Positions 39,812-51,269 of a stretch of DNA of 64,000 nt are shown one piece after another. Origin of the DNA: Octopus sinensis (taxonomy: Eukaryota); the NCBI RefSeq assembly GCF_006345805.1, contig NC_043000.1, positions 162,192,001-162,256,000 on the forward strand, in the 5' to 3' direction. A program made the position numbers and the translations under genes. The notes beneath the pieces are model-generated. The model was not told where the DNA came from, did no database searches, and was given only the letters and a program-made list of their open reading frames with translations. The first letter of the stretch is position 1. Each line of letters opens with the position of its first letter.

Positions 39812-40025
39812 TGTGTGTCTGGGTTTGTCCCTCCCACGCACCATCACTTGACAACCAATGTTGGCGTGTTTACGTCCCCGTAACTTAGCGGTTCGACAAA
39901 AGAGACCGATAGAATAAGTACTAGGCTTACAAAGATTAAGTCCTGGAGTCGATTTCTTCGACTAAAACTCTTTAAAGTGGTGCTGCAGCATGGCCGCAGT
40001 CAATGACCGAAAGAATAAAAGAATA
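39432..40025 (+). mobile_element. CORE-type SINE with an internal ~200-bp tandem duplication
   Basis: The head-to-microsatellite module occurs twice (~39452-39646 and ~39647-39863), followed by one tail ending AAGAATAAAAGAATA. Confidence 0.8.
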
Positions 40026-40585
40026 TATACATAGTACGAGCGCTTCCACACAGTTTCGTCTACCAAATTTACTCACAAGACATTGGTCGGCCTGGTGCTG
40101 TTCTAGAAGACACTTGCTCAAGTTATCATACTCAGTGGAAATAAGTATGATGAACTCACATCTGATTATCCAATACTCTGTCCGACTCTGTTAATCCGAC
40201 ATTACAGTGTGTCTCTAGGGTTCAAATGACTTGTACATTTCTTGTAATTTTAAGTAGATGCAAAATAAATTAAGTAGATGCTTAATAAATTTCAATCACT
40301 GGATCACACAACTGTTTAATCAAATACAGTTTCTTTTCATTTGCATATTTGGCAGAATACCGAACTCTTTCGCACATTTTATTGATCCCAGTAGAACAAT
40401 TATAAATTGAACGAGAGTAATTCAGAGTTAATCATAAATAAGATCTATATTTCTATGTTTCACTTAAAATCATATTGAGGAATATAATTCCCGGCCTTAT
40501 TCTCATTGTTTGATGTGGTGGAGGCTATCATGTTCCCTTACTCAGGTTAATTTTACATCTGTCAATATCCATAATAAATCACACG

Positions 40586-40658
<73 letters not shown>

Positions 40659-40660
<2 letters not shown>

Positions 40661-40767
40661 GCAGGGTTGTGTGGCAAGAAGCTTGCTTCCCAAGCACATG
40701 TTTCCAGGTTCTGTCCCACTTCGTGACACCTTGGGCAAGTGTCTTCTACAAAGCCTTCTGAGTGGAT

Positions 40768-40809
<42 letters not shown>

Positions 40810-41049
40810 ATGTATCTATGCGTGTGTTTGTCTTCGTGTCTGTGTTTGCATCCCGCATCACTACTTGGCAACCGGAGTTGGTGAGTTTACGTCCCGTAAT
40901 CTAGCCGTTTGACAAAAGAGTGCGATAGAATAATACCAAGCTTTAAAAATATGTTCTGCGGTCGATTTGTTCGACTAAAACGTCATTCAAGGCGGTGCTC
41001 CAGCATGTCCATAGTCAAATGATTGAAACAAGTAAAAGAATAAAAGAAT
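40659..41049 (+). mobile_element. CORE-type tRNA SINE with internal microsatellite
   Basis: Contains GACACCTTGGGCAAGTGTCTTCTA, a (TG)/(TA) block and the tail GGCGGTGCTCCAGCATG..GAAACAAGTAAAAGAATAAAAGAATA. Confidence 0.85.
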
Positions 41050-42498
41050 ATTTATGTGTGTATGTGTATGTGTGTGTGTGTGTGTGTGGTGTGTGTGTGT
41101 GTTAGATAATAAAACGTATGGTATAAATCTCGTAGCTTACCGGTAAAGCACGTTCACTTTCACAGTGTTCGTTACGTATTTGATTAACGAGAGAGATGGA
41201 AGATAGAAGATGCAATTGTTTCGACCCATCTATCATCGATCCCTCACGAGAGAGATACTTAGTAACTGGTTTAGGAGTATCGGTCGGTGGAGATGTGTCT
41301 CTTCAAGTGATTACAAAATGTATCTCGTTAAAATAACCACTGTTCCGCAATATATATTCTCGATTTGTGTATAGAAAAACTGAAAATTAAGGGATACAAC
41401 TTCATTTTTATAAACGATCAATAATAAATAACAGATGAAAAAAAGAAATCAATACACAAAATAACGAAAAATGTATTAAATATAACAGTTAACAGATATG
41501 GATGTATAACAGTTAACAGATATGGATATATAAACGCCCTCGCTTGTATGGCGCACGTAACTCGCTCCTACAAACACCTACGAAGATATAAGCATATACA
41601 TTCACGCAGCGAATTGAAATAGCTACTTTGTATTTATAAGAATGGGTATGCTAGAATTTAATTTAATTCATCTATTCCTTAAGGTAAATTATAATTATTA
41701 ATTTGAGTAACGGTTACTCTAATTCATTCCAACTGCATTGTACGGAAAGTGCACTTATAAACATGTAGGCATCTTGAGAGTGTTTCAGAAATTCTATTAA
41801 TGATCTTATATGGTACAAGTATTAGTAGACGCTTAGGGAAAGATATATATATATATATATATATATAGTGAGAGAGAGAGAGAGAGAGAGAAAGGAAAGC
41901 GCGCGTGGATTTGTGGTTAGGGTATTGGGTGCACGATCTTAAAGTTGTGAGTTCGATTCACAGAGGAGTGTTGTGTCCTTGAACAAGATACTTTATTTAT
42001 CTTTGCATGCCACGCAATGACAGGAAACGTCCCTCCTATGCTCTTTCAATCTGCTTCTGTCACCAAATTTCACTCACAAGACTTTGCTAGAAGACTATTG
42101 TAGAAGACACATGTTCACCATTACAGCAATGGAATCGAACCCAAAACTACATAACTGAGTATCAAGTATCTACACAACCACTTATATTATTGATATATTA
42201 TTTTGACCCCTTCGGTGATGAATGACCATTGGATTGCAGCTAAAAAGTTACCCTCCGAGGCACAAGTCTGGGCAAAATTGTTTATTGAAGACCAGCAGTC
42301 ACCCACGCATACCAGCCTCCCCTCTCCACGCCACCAATGTTATCTAAGAGAAAGGCAAAGGCCAATATAGCTTGGCACCAGTGACGTCGCAGCTCATTTA
42401 TTAACGTGCAGGTGGCTGAGCACTCCTCAGACACGTGTACCCTTAACGTAGTTCTCGGGGAGAGTGTGTCAAGGCTGGCCCTTTGAAATACATGTACA

Positions 42499-42682
42499 AC
42501 AGAAACAGGAAGAAAGAGTGAGAGAAAGTCGTGGTGAAAGAGTACAGCACCCCCTACCGGAGTCTCATGGAGCCTCAGGTGTTTTCGCTCAACAAACACT
42601 CACAATGCCCGGTCTGGAATCGAAACCGCGATCCTAAGACCGCGAGTCCGCAGCCCTAACCACTGGACCATTGCGCCTCCAC
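42499..42682 (-). mobile_element. tRNA-Arg-like SINE
   Basis: Reverse complement GTGGAGGCGCAATGGTCCAGTGGTTAGGGCTGCGGACTCGCGG..GGTTTCGATTCC has A and B boxes. Homologous to 47200-47492. Confidence 0.75.
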
Positions 42683-42941
42683 ATTGATATATTATAATGA
42701 TTCATTATTATGTTTAATTGTATATAATTATATTTTATTATATAATTAAGTATAAGCTGAACAAGGTGATTAGCTGCATTTCTTCTGGCTTTACGTTTAA
42801 ATACGGCCGACGTCAATTTTGACTTTCATTTTTTAGGGGTCAATGAAATAAAGTACAAGAGAAGTACAGGGGTCGATGCTCCCTCGACTTGCTCACTCCT
42901 CTAAAAGTTGTTAGCCTTGTGCCAAAATTAGAGCAAATATA

Positions 42942-43335
42942 TCTCTACATATATATAAAACTGAAGTTGTCTGTGTATGGCAGGTTTGGTAGCCTTCAAC
43001 TAACACTATCTCCTCCGAGACCCTGCGGCGCAAGTTGACCAAAATTGAGAGTTTGATAGAAGAAAGCTTGCTCTTCATTCCGTAGAAGATAAAATTCAAA
43101 TCGGACCATGTTAACACCAAAAATTATTTACATCAAAAAGGTGCTTTTTTTTTATGAAAATCCCTATTTTTTACGATTTTTTGACTGCTGTGTCGCCATT
43201 TTTCGGTGTATTTTAACCAGAAAAATGTTCGCTTAAAGAGAATAACAAGCTACATAATGCAAAAGTTTTACTTTTCAAAAATTCCAATTCTAAAGGGTCA
43301 AAACAAACCCGAGCAACGCCGGGTGATACTGCTAG
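42942..43335 (+). mobile_element. Non-autonomous Helitron
   Basis: A|TC 5' end (TCTCTACATATATATAAAACTGAAGTTGT), subterminal hairpin CCCGAGCAACGCCGGG and CTAG|T 3' end. Confidence 0.85.
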
Positions 43336-43871
43336 TAGCTAAATATTTCTAGTCTTACCCGAAAATATTTTTTTAATATACTGTCAAAATAATTCGAGAT
43401 AAGTTCTGAATATTGATTTAAATAACCAGACGTAGGATCCAACAGTTTCGTTAGATAAATGTCAGTACTTTATGATGTACGAAAGGCCTTTGGCTAAAAG
43501 AAAATGAAAAAGGAATGAAAAAGAAACTAAAAACGAAAGTCTCAGTTAAGTAAAGATGGAAAATGACAAAATGACAGAGAAAGCAAGTAAACAAATTAAA
43601 ATTGAAAGAGTTTGCGATAAAGCTGCTTCATCATCGCATTTGTCAAAACAGAATACTAAAGTACTTTACAGCAAAATGAATAAGTAAATTTGTTGAATAG
43701 GCGTTGGTATGGTTGTGTGATTAAGAAGATTGCTTAGTAACCTCATGATTTCAGATTCAGTTCCTCTATGTATATGTTGCGAATGTCTCCTAGAATAGTA
43801 CTGGCTCCAACTAATGTCTTGTGAGAAATTTGATAGACGGCAACTGTGTGGAAACCTACCACATATATATA

Positions 43872-44321
43872 GTGTAAATCCTCGAGTATAATCCGCAGAT
43901 TTTTCCCAAAAAATTTAAAGGTCAAAATCCCTAGTGCGTACTATATACGAGGTTAAAAATCAAAATTATTTTCTAAGCAATGTCCGAGTCTCTATTGGCT
44001 GTCCGGCAATGTTTATTCAGACGCATTTTGTGGTGTCGGGCGCGAGAATAACTTAAATCATCCATAACTTGCAGTTAGCAACATTTATTAACCGTTATTA
44101 CTGTTATTTCTTTTTTTTTTCTGCAAACAAAATGCACAAAAAAGCTACACGCTACAATAACAATAAAGGACGTTACCGTATACATTTTTACAAACCAAGA
44201 ACGTTATATAGACCTCCTTGACTCAAGTTAGAGAAGGGGTGCGTATTATACACAAGGTTTAGGTCTTTCAGAGGTACAGCCCCCTAAAAATCCCCTGCAT
44301 ATTATACTCAAGGATTTACGG
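43872..44321. mobile_element. pogo/Tigger-like (Tc1/mariner superfamily) MITE
   Basis: TA|..GTAAATCCTCGAGTATAATCCGCA at the left and TGCATATTATACTCAAGGATTTACGG|TA at the right are imperfect TIRs with a TA target. Confidence 0.7.
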
Positions 44322-47199
44322 TATATGTGTGTATATGTGTGTGTGGTATATATGTATGCCTTTCCCTGCTTGACAACCGGTGCTGGTTTGTTTACGCTCC
44401 CGTAACATTAGCGGTTCGGCAAAAGGGACCGATAAAATAAGTACCAAATTTTAAAAAGAAGAACAACAATTAAGTACCGGCATCGATTTGCTCGACTAAA
44501 ATCCCTCAAGGTGGTGTCCCTGCATGGTTGCTGTCCAATGACTGAAACAAGAAGAAGATAAAAGATGAGAGATAAATGTTAAAATGATGAATAAGTGAGG
44601 TTGAATGAGTCACGAGGAGACACGATCTCAACTCCCGACATTTGTTACTCCATCATTGCACTGCCCAGTATTTACTTATCCAAGGCCTCCCAACTTCAAT
44701 TCATTGCTGCAAAGATCGGAAGCTCCATTACTTTGTAGTTATGAGCTGAAATCTCTTGTCGGTCTTGACAAGTTAACAACAAGGAACCTTTCGAGTGTAC
44801 AACTGGTGGTTAGAATTAGACTCCCAATGCTTTTGGCTCTGATGTTGAATAATGTGTGTGAGGTGGTTGATATACGACAACAATTAATCCATATTGAACG
44901 AACTAACAAAGAAGCGTGCATGTGGCTACTCAATCTGTTAGAAATAGCTCCCCAATCTCCCGTAAATCATACTCCTGTCTTCTTAAAAGGAGGAAGGGCA
45001 TATTGACAATGTAGTACCCAATGTATACAAAAAGAGGAGATCATGATTGGAATACTTTGGGTTATAGTTTGCCAAACCAGACCTGAGGGTGAACAACAAT
45101 AAAAGTAACGGCAACAGCAACCACAATGGCAGCAGCAGAAGCAGAAGCTCCTCGTTAGACGCGGGTATGACTGTGTGACTGAGACGATCATTTCGCAATT
45201 TCATGATCCGTGGTTCGATTCCAGCTGCGCGACACCTCTTCGATATGTTTTCTACAATAGCCTTGGCTCCACGAAATCCTTATGAATAAAATTTGATAAA
45301 TAGAAACTGGATGGAAGCTCATAAGAGATATTGGGTGAAGGCATATGAAAATAAGAGAAGGGAAGGAAAAGGTACCCAGTTCCAGGTATTTTTCAAAATT
45401 TCAATGTTTAGAGAGAGCACTGGTCTTGTAAACTAGGCGTCGTGTGTTCGATCTTCACTAGAGACTTCTTTTAGAATGGCATTTTGTGAAAGAGAATAGC
45501 TTAGTAGTTTGAGTGTAGGGCTCACGGAGTGTAGGGATCATGGGTTGAATTCCTGGACTGTTACCTGTTGTATTTGTGATCAAGGTACATAGTTTCACGT
45601 TGCTTCAATCTATTCAGCTAAAAAACGAGTACCAGCCAATTGCTGTTGATGCAGCCCTTTTGCCCTTCCAGCTGCCATATAACCGCTTGTTCTATTGCTC
45701 AAAATTGACGGTGCCTATATCTGCTCACGACTACAGAAGCGCCTAAAACAATTAGCAAAAACAAGGTATGCGCTACCAAGTCACACTCGTTTGCAACTGA
45801 CGGCTAAGCTTTTTAAGCTTTTTACGCAAGATTCAAGGACTGTAAATTTAAAAGAAAATCAATAGAAACATGCATAAGTAAATAATTGAAGATACACTCA
45901 GTGTTTCCGACATAGCTTGAACCTTGCATCACTTAGGAAACAAGAGCCATTAACTCATTTGTGTCAGTTTTGTCAGTTATTTATTTATCATATCATCGAT
46001 TTTATTCGTTTCATCTACCATGTTTCTTTTATCAAGTCTCATTTGTTATTATTAAACAGACTAGTCAACTGTTTTATCCCGCACTACGCCTTCGTCATCA
46101 TGGCCACTAATAGACATCACAAATAAAAACTTCTTGCTTATATGTGGTCGGTTTACCTGTGAGAAATAGCAACTAAATCAACCTCAGAACGGAAAAAGAC
46201 GTTGGATATTGTAAATACACCTCAAAAAACAACCATATGCAACCTTTTTCGAAAAACGGGCTGCGTGAGACATGAGTCATTATCAGCTGAACTACAACAT
46301 ATTACTGAAAACATTCAAGGTAATTTTTCGTTCGGAAAGCCATTCAGAAAGTACTGAGGTTGGCATTTGTCCATGACTGTCCTACAAAGTGATCGTAAAT
46401 TTGCTTAATCAGGTTTGCCTGGGGCTAAACAACAACAATAGCATAAACCACGAACGTCTAAGTGGTTGCTCTAGCTGCTAAAATTAGCATCCAAATTCCC
46501 TTCAAAGTACACTGTCATTGTCTTTAAAAACACAAAGAATGGACAAATCGAAACCCTATTGCTGATTTTCATCAGTAAGGTCTTCTGTTGGATTGCGCAG
46601 TATTTGATAGCGCAGAATAAAAAGACAGATGGTCAAGAGTGGAAAACTGTTAATTATAAGTCCTTTCCACCAAAGTAGAGTTTGGTTTAAACAATATTAC
46701 ATAACAAACAGAGAGCTTTGCAAGAAATAGCAGACATATATACTCTAAAGCATACACTGTCATAGGTATTGTAAAAATACCATATTCGATAGCGTATGGT
46801 ATTTTAGACATCTTTAAATAAGAAAGGATGATCATCACTGCAGCCTCATGATCATGGGTTTACTCATTGTTGACCTGGGGGCTAAATAACAATAAGAGAA
46901 ACATCATCACCATCGCATCACCACTGCTAGCAACAGCAGCATCAGCAGTAGCAGTAACAGCAGCAACAGCAGCAGTCATTCAAGAATTTGGACCTGGAGA
47001 TCTCCATTTCCAGCGACTCCGAGGTCCACCTCCCAGTGGTGTCGGGCGTCAACGAAGAGCCCTCCACTACAACAAGACGACCAAAGTTTTGTTTTCCACG
47101 GTCTGGGGTCTCCCGCCCCTAACCATTAGACTATCACCTAATCACCCTTACTCGTCTTGTTGCTTAACACCACCAACAACAACAGCAACAGCAGCAGTG

Positions 47200-47492
47200 G
47201 TGGAGGCGTAATGGCCCAGTGGTTAGAGCAGCGGAATCTCTGTTGTAAGAATGCGGTTTCGATTCCCATATCGGGCATTGTGAGTGTTTTTTGAAACAAA
47301 AAAAACCTAAGATCCACGAAGCTCCGGCGGGGATGGGTGGGGGTGAACCCCACTGTACTCTTTTCCCACAACTTTCTCTCACTCTTTCTTCCTACTTCTG
47401 CCACAAAGTAGAGGAACCATGGTGTAACTCACTATGCTGTGGTAAATTTTCACCCCAGAATGGTTCAGCTCTCCACCCGTTAAAAGCCACCG
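47200..47492 (+). mobile_element. tRNA-Arg-like SINE
   Basis: GTGGAGGCGTAATGGCCCAGTGGTTAGAGCAGCGG..GGTTTCGATTCC head. Body shared with 42499-42682. Confidence 0.75.
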
Positions 47493-47699
47493 TTTAACGA
47501 ATGAGGATAACAACGTAGCTTTCGCGCTCGTGCAGCCGCCAGTCTATCATCGCGTGTGGTGGGTGCATCTTCAAGTTGCCACACGCATTCTTGGTAGCTT
47601 AGAGTAGGCTCTAATTAGAGATTATTCTTTGTGGCTAATGGCGTGAGTCCTGATTGGAAGAAGAAGAAGAAAAAGACGAAGAAGAAGAAGAAGAAGAAG

Positions 47700-47733
<34 letters not shown>

Positions 47734-48419
47734 TCAGCAGTAGCAGTAACAGCAGCAGTAACAACACCGCCACTTTCAATACCATTTACCTTACATTAAT
47801 GTAGGGACCACGTCACCATCATTAGAAGAAGAGCTCATCTCGTCCTCAACCGCATCTTACTGTGTTAAACGGGGACAAATTCGATAATCTGCTCCTACAA
47901 GCCCTATTTTGTCTTTTATGTTTTACCTGCTTCACTCATTAGACTGCGACCATACAGGGACACTGCCTTGAAAATAAAGCTGTGTTAATGAACATTGTAG
48001 GCCTCGGGGAAAATCAATGCATTAGGTCCTGTAGTATATATATATATTTATTGACAGTAAACCACAGCATACGTAAATCAGAATTGGGCCCCTACACCCA
48101 ATGAAATCTCTGGGCAACTGTCCTGTGTGACCATTCCTTACGACGGTCTTGCCTGAAGGGTTTAGTTGAACAAGTCGATACCAATACATATTTCATAAAT
48201 CTCGTGCTTATTCTATCGGTCTTTTATGTCGAACATAGCAATAGCCATGTGTGCCTTCGCCTAGCCATGCCTGCATCTGTTAAAAAGCAAGATGCAATGG
48301 TCATGTTTGGGAAGCCTTTGTTCATAGCTTTATTGTATCAGATCTGAGCGGTGGTTCAAGAACAACATCTAGGACGTTTGAAATAACTTCTTGCTTATCT
48401 GCGTCACATTTAACACTGC

Positions 48420-48830
48420 AAGGGTGATCATCACCAAAGGTAATTGCAAACTTCAACACTGTTGCACTTCTATCCACTACATCACATTCGCTTCCACCTG
48501 ACGTACCATACCCGCTTCCACACAGAACCTACGAGTATTTTTTGGAGCAAATATTAGACTTCCGATCAGCGAAAAATACCAGTCTTTCTCGGATCACAAA
48601 GAACCAATAGCTTATGTAGTCCAAATTTCTTTGCACATCAGTAGCATACCTGCGGGGGACGCAAGGACTAGAAAACAAAACAGGGAGGGCCATGAAGAGG
48701 CTGAAGGTGGAGTGGAGAGTAGGAAGCAGTGGGAATGTCTGCCGTGTAAACCTGTACTGGGGGCATTGGTCCAGAAAACTCAAGGGCTTACCCGGATGAT
48801 ACACACTCAAGCTATGTGACTGTAATACAT
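48420..48830 (-). mobile_element. Degenerate CR1/L2-like LINE RT fragment
   Basis: Minus-strand YATDVQRNLDYISYW resembles the post-YADD segment (LQ.DLD.I..W) of CR1-group RT. Confidence 0.45.
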
Positions 48831-48962
48831 AAAACAAAAATGGAATAGTCATGCCTGGAACAGCTTTAATCTCAGATTTGGTAAACCAAATTAAAAACAC
48901 CACCACGAACAGCAGCTATTTCGATTGTTCAACCAGCTAGAAATAGTAACCTGATATTTCTG

Positions 48963-49408
48963 AGTGGCTGTGTGATAAGTAGCTTGCTTACGAACCACAT
49001 GGCTCCGGGTTCAGTCCCACTGCGCGGCACCTTGGGCAATTGTCTTCTTCTATAGCCCCGGGCCGACCAAAGCCTTGTGAGTGGATTTGGTAGACGGAAA
49101 CTGAAAGAAGCCCATCGTATATATGTATATATATATACATATACATATGTGTGCGTGTGTGTGTGTGTGTGAGTGTGTGAGTGTGTGTGTGTGTGTGTGT
49201 GTATGTTTGTGTGTCTGTGTTTGTCCCCGCAACATCACTTGACAACCGATGCCGGTGTGTTTACATCCCCGTAACTTAGCGGTTACAGCAGAAAAGACCA
49301 ATAGAATAAGTACTAGGCTTACAAAAAATAAGTCTTGGGGTCGATTTGCTCGACTAAATGCGGTGCTCCAGCATGGCCACAGTCAAATGACTGAAACAAG
49401 TAAAAAGA
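48963..49408 (+). mobile_element. Full-length CORE-type tRNA SINE with internal microsatellite
   Basis: GGCTGTGTGATAAGTAGCTTGC..GGGTTCAGTCCC (A and B boxes), GGCACCTTGGGCAA (CORE), a (TA)/(TG) block and the tail GCGGTGCTCCAGCATGGCCACAGTCAAATGACTGAAACAAGTAAAAAGA. Confidence 0.9.
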
Positions 49409-49624
49409 GCATTGTTGCAAAATAGGAAGACTACATTGAATTAAAGTGATCCCAGATCCACACTGTATATTAAAAATATACAGGACGTTGATGGTTGGAA
49501 TATGTTTATTGATAGGTCTGCTGTTCGATCAGGGATGACCTGAATTGGATGTGGGCAGGTAAACAACAAAAACGACAATATTAATACCATTATAACGTCT
49601 GTTCCCCCTCATTCTTTTTCCCAT

Positions 49625-49680
<56 letters not shown>

Positions 49681-49913
49681 TCTCTTCCAACACACACACA
49701 CACACACACACACATATTATATTTACATACATACGTACAAACATTCATACATACATGCATGCATACATACAATGTTCTTTGGTGAATCTCTAATTCCATT
49801 TTTCACTAATTTTCTGTTTCTCCACTTTCAATCTTTCAACACACGCACACATTTGCATACACATACACATGTACACATAGGCTCTCTCTCTTCTCTCTCT
49901 CTCTCTCCCTCTT

Positions 49914-49953
<40 letters not shown>

Positions 49954-49989
49954 CAGTATGTGACCTCGTGAAGACTACCTGCAATTTTT

Positions 49990-50145
49990 TTTCCTCTGTC
50001 CTCCCGTCTCGGGATCTTTCTTTCTCCTATGTTTCCGACGAAGAGCTCCGCTCAAAACGTCCATTTTCCTGAGCGCCTAATAATAATAATACTGTAATTG
50101 TTCCACGTGTTGTTGTTTTTTCTGTTTTCCCGTTTGGATTAACCT
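49990..50145 (+). mobile_element. Penelope-like 3' tail with a decayed minimal hammerhead motif
   Basis: CCGACGA-A-GAGC-TCC-GCTC-AAAAC-GTC (50035-50061) is the minimal PLE hammerhead layout with two core changes. It ends TTGGATTAAC-(TA)n. Confidence 0.55.
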
Positions 50146-50212
50146 ATATATATATATATATATATATTGATCAAAATAAAAATAAAAATAAAAACATGAG
50201 GCGAAGGATTCA

Positions 50213-50290
50213 GCGGTACATATGTTTCGGGCCTTTATTAGACAGATTCATAACAAATCATAATGTATGTCTGTGGCCTTCTTCAGCCGC
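50213..50290 (-). ncRNA. Type I hammerhead ribozyme motif (intact core)
   Basis: Minus strand reads GCGG-CUGAAGA-AGGCC[ACAGACA...UGUCUAAUAA]AGGCCC-GAAA-C-AUAU-GUA^CCGC. Stem I is GCGG/CCGC, stem II is GGCC/GGCC plus AGACA/UGUCU, and stem III is the short palindrome ACAUAUGU. Predicted cleavage is between 50217 and 50216. Confidence 0.8.
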
Positions 50291-50546
50291 GCACAACAGC
50301 TTCCACAAGGACATGTGTTACTTCCGAAATTCTTGGTTGGGGATGCAAATCTTCTCGTTCCGTACGACATAATGCGGCAGCAGCATCGAATTGAATCGTC
50401 CATCTCTTTCTTCTCTCAGAGAGAAGAAAGAGATGGACGATTCAATTCGATGCTGCTGCCGCATTATGTCGTACGGGAACGAGAAGATTTGCATCCCCAA
50501 CCAAGAATTTCGGAAGTAACACATGTCCTTGTGGAAGCTGTTGTGC

Positions 50547-50623
50547 GCGGCTGAAGAAGGCCACAGACATACATTATGATTTGTTATGAATCTGTCTAAT
50601 AAAGGCCCGAACATATGTACCGC
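50547..50623 (+). ncRNA. Type I hammerhead ribozyme motif, mirror copy with 1-nt deletion in GAAA
   Basis: Identical to the minus-strand motif except CCCGAACATATGTA. The missing A could be a real mutation or a homopolymer sequencing error. Confidence 0.65.
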
Positions 50624-50770
50624 TGAATCCTTCGCCTCATGTTTTTATTTTTATTTTATTTGATCAATTTACTCCACCACCTACACCACCAAACGGTATA
50701 CACAGGGGCTTATAATTATCAAGTACTCACCCCGAATTTCTACACTCAACTATATATATATATATATATC

Positions 50771-50982
50771 TTTTTTATTCTATTATTCTTTTATCTGTTT
50801 CAGTCATTTGACTGCGGCCATGCTGGAGCACCACCTTTTAGTCGAGCAAATCGACCCCAGGACATATTCTTTGTAAGCCTAGTACTTATTCTGTCGGTCT
50901 CTTTTGCCGAACCACTAAGTTCCGGGGACGTAAACACGCCGACATCGGTTGTCAAGCGATGTCGGGGGAACAAACCCTCCCC

Positions 50983-51028
<46 letters not shown>

Positions 51029-51190
51029 GACGGGCTTCTTTCAGTTTCAGTCTACCAAATCCACTCACCAGGCTTTAGTCGGCCCGAGGCTATAGTAGAA
51101 GACACTTGCCCAAGGTGCCTCGCAGTGGGACTGAACCCGGAACCATATGGCTGGTAAGCAAGCTACTTATCACACAGCCACTTCTGCGCC
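50771..51190 (-). mobile_element. Full-length CORE-type tRNA SINE
   Basis: Reverse complement of the 48963-49408 family, including the internal (TA)n and tail. Confidence 0.9.
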
Positions 51191-51235
51191 TATATATATA
51201 TATGTATATATATGTATATATGTATATATATATAT

Positions 51236-51269
<34 letters not shown>

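Larger units (their letters stand above)
50166..50750. mobile_element. Palindromic (fold-back) hammerhead-bearing retroelement insertion, Penelope-like, within (TA)n
   Basis: Arms 50166-50417 (252 bp) and 50419-50668 (250 bp) are inverted around a single A. By eye they differ only by four 1-nt homopolymer indels. The right arm continues ~80 bp to a (TA)n tract, and (TA)n also borders the left arm. Confidence 0.85.

Noticed and set aside
44605-45006. 133-aa plus-strand ORF
   Set aside because: No recognisable domain, splice context or other support for a protein-coding call.
47200-47275. tRNA-like sequences (also 42610-42682, 24113-24200, 48963-49020)
   Set aside because: They are SINE heads that run directly into SINE bodies and do not form complete cloverleaves.
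50267-50614. Mirror ORFs on both strands of the palindrome
   Set aside because: They arise from the symmetry; no RT or GIY-YIG motifs.
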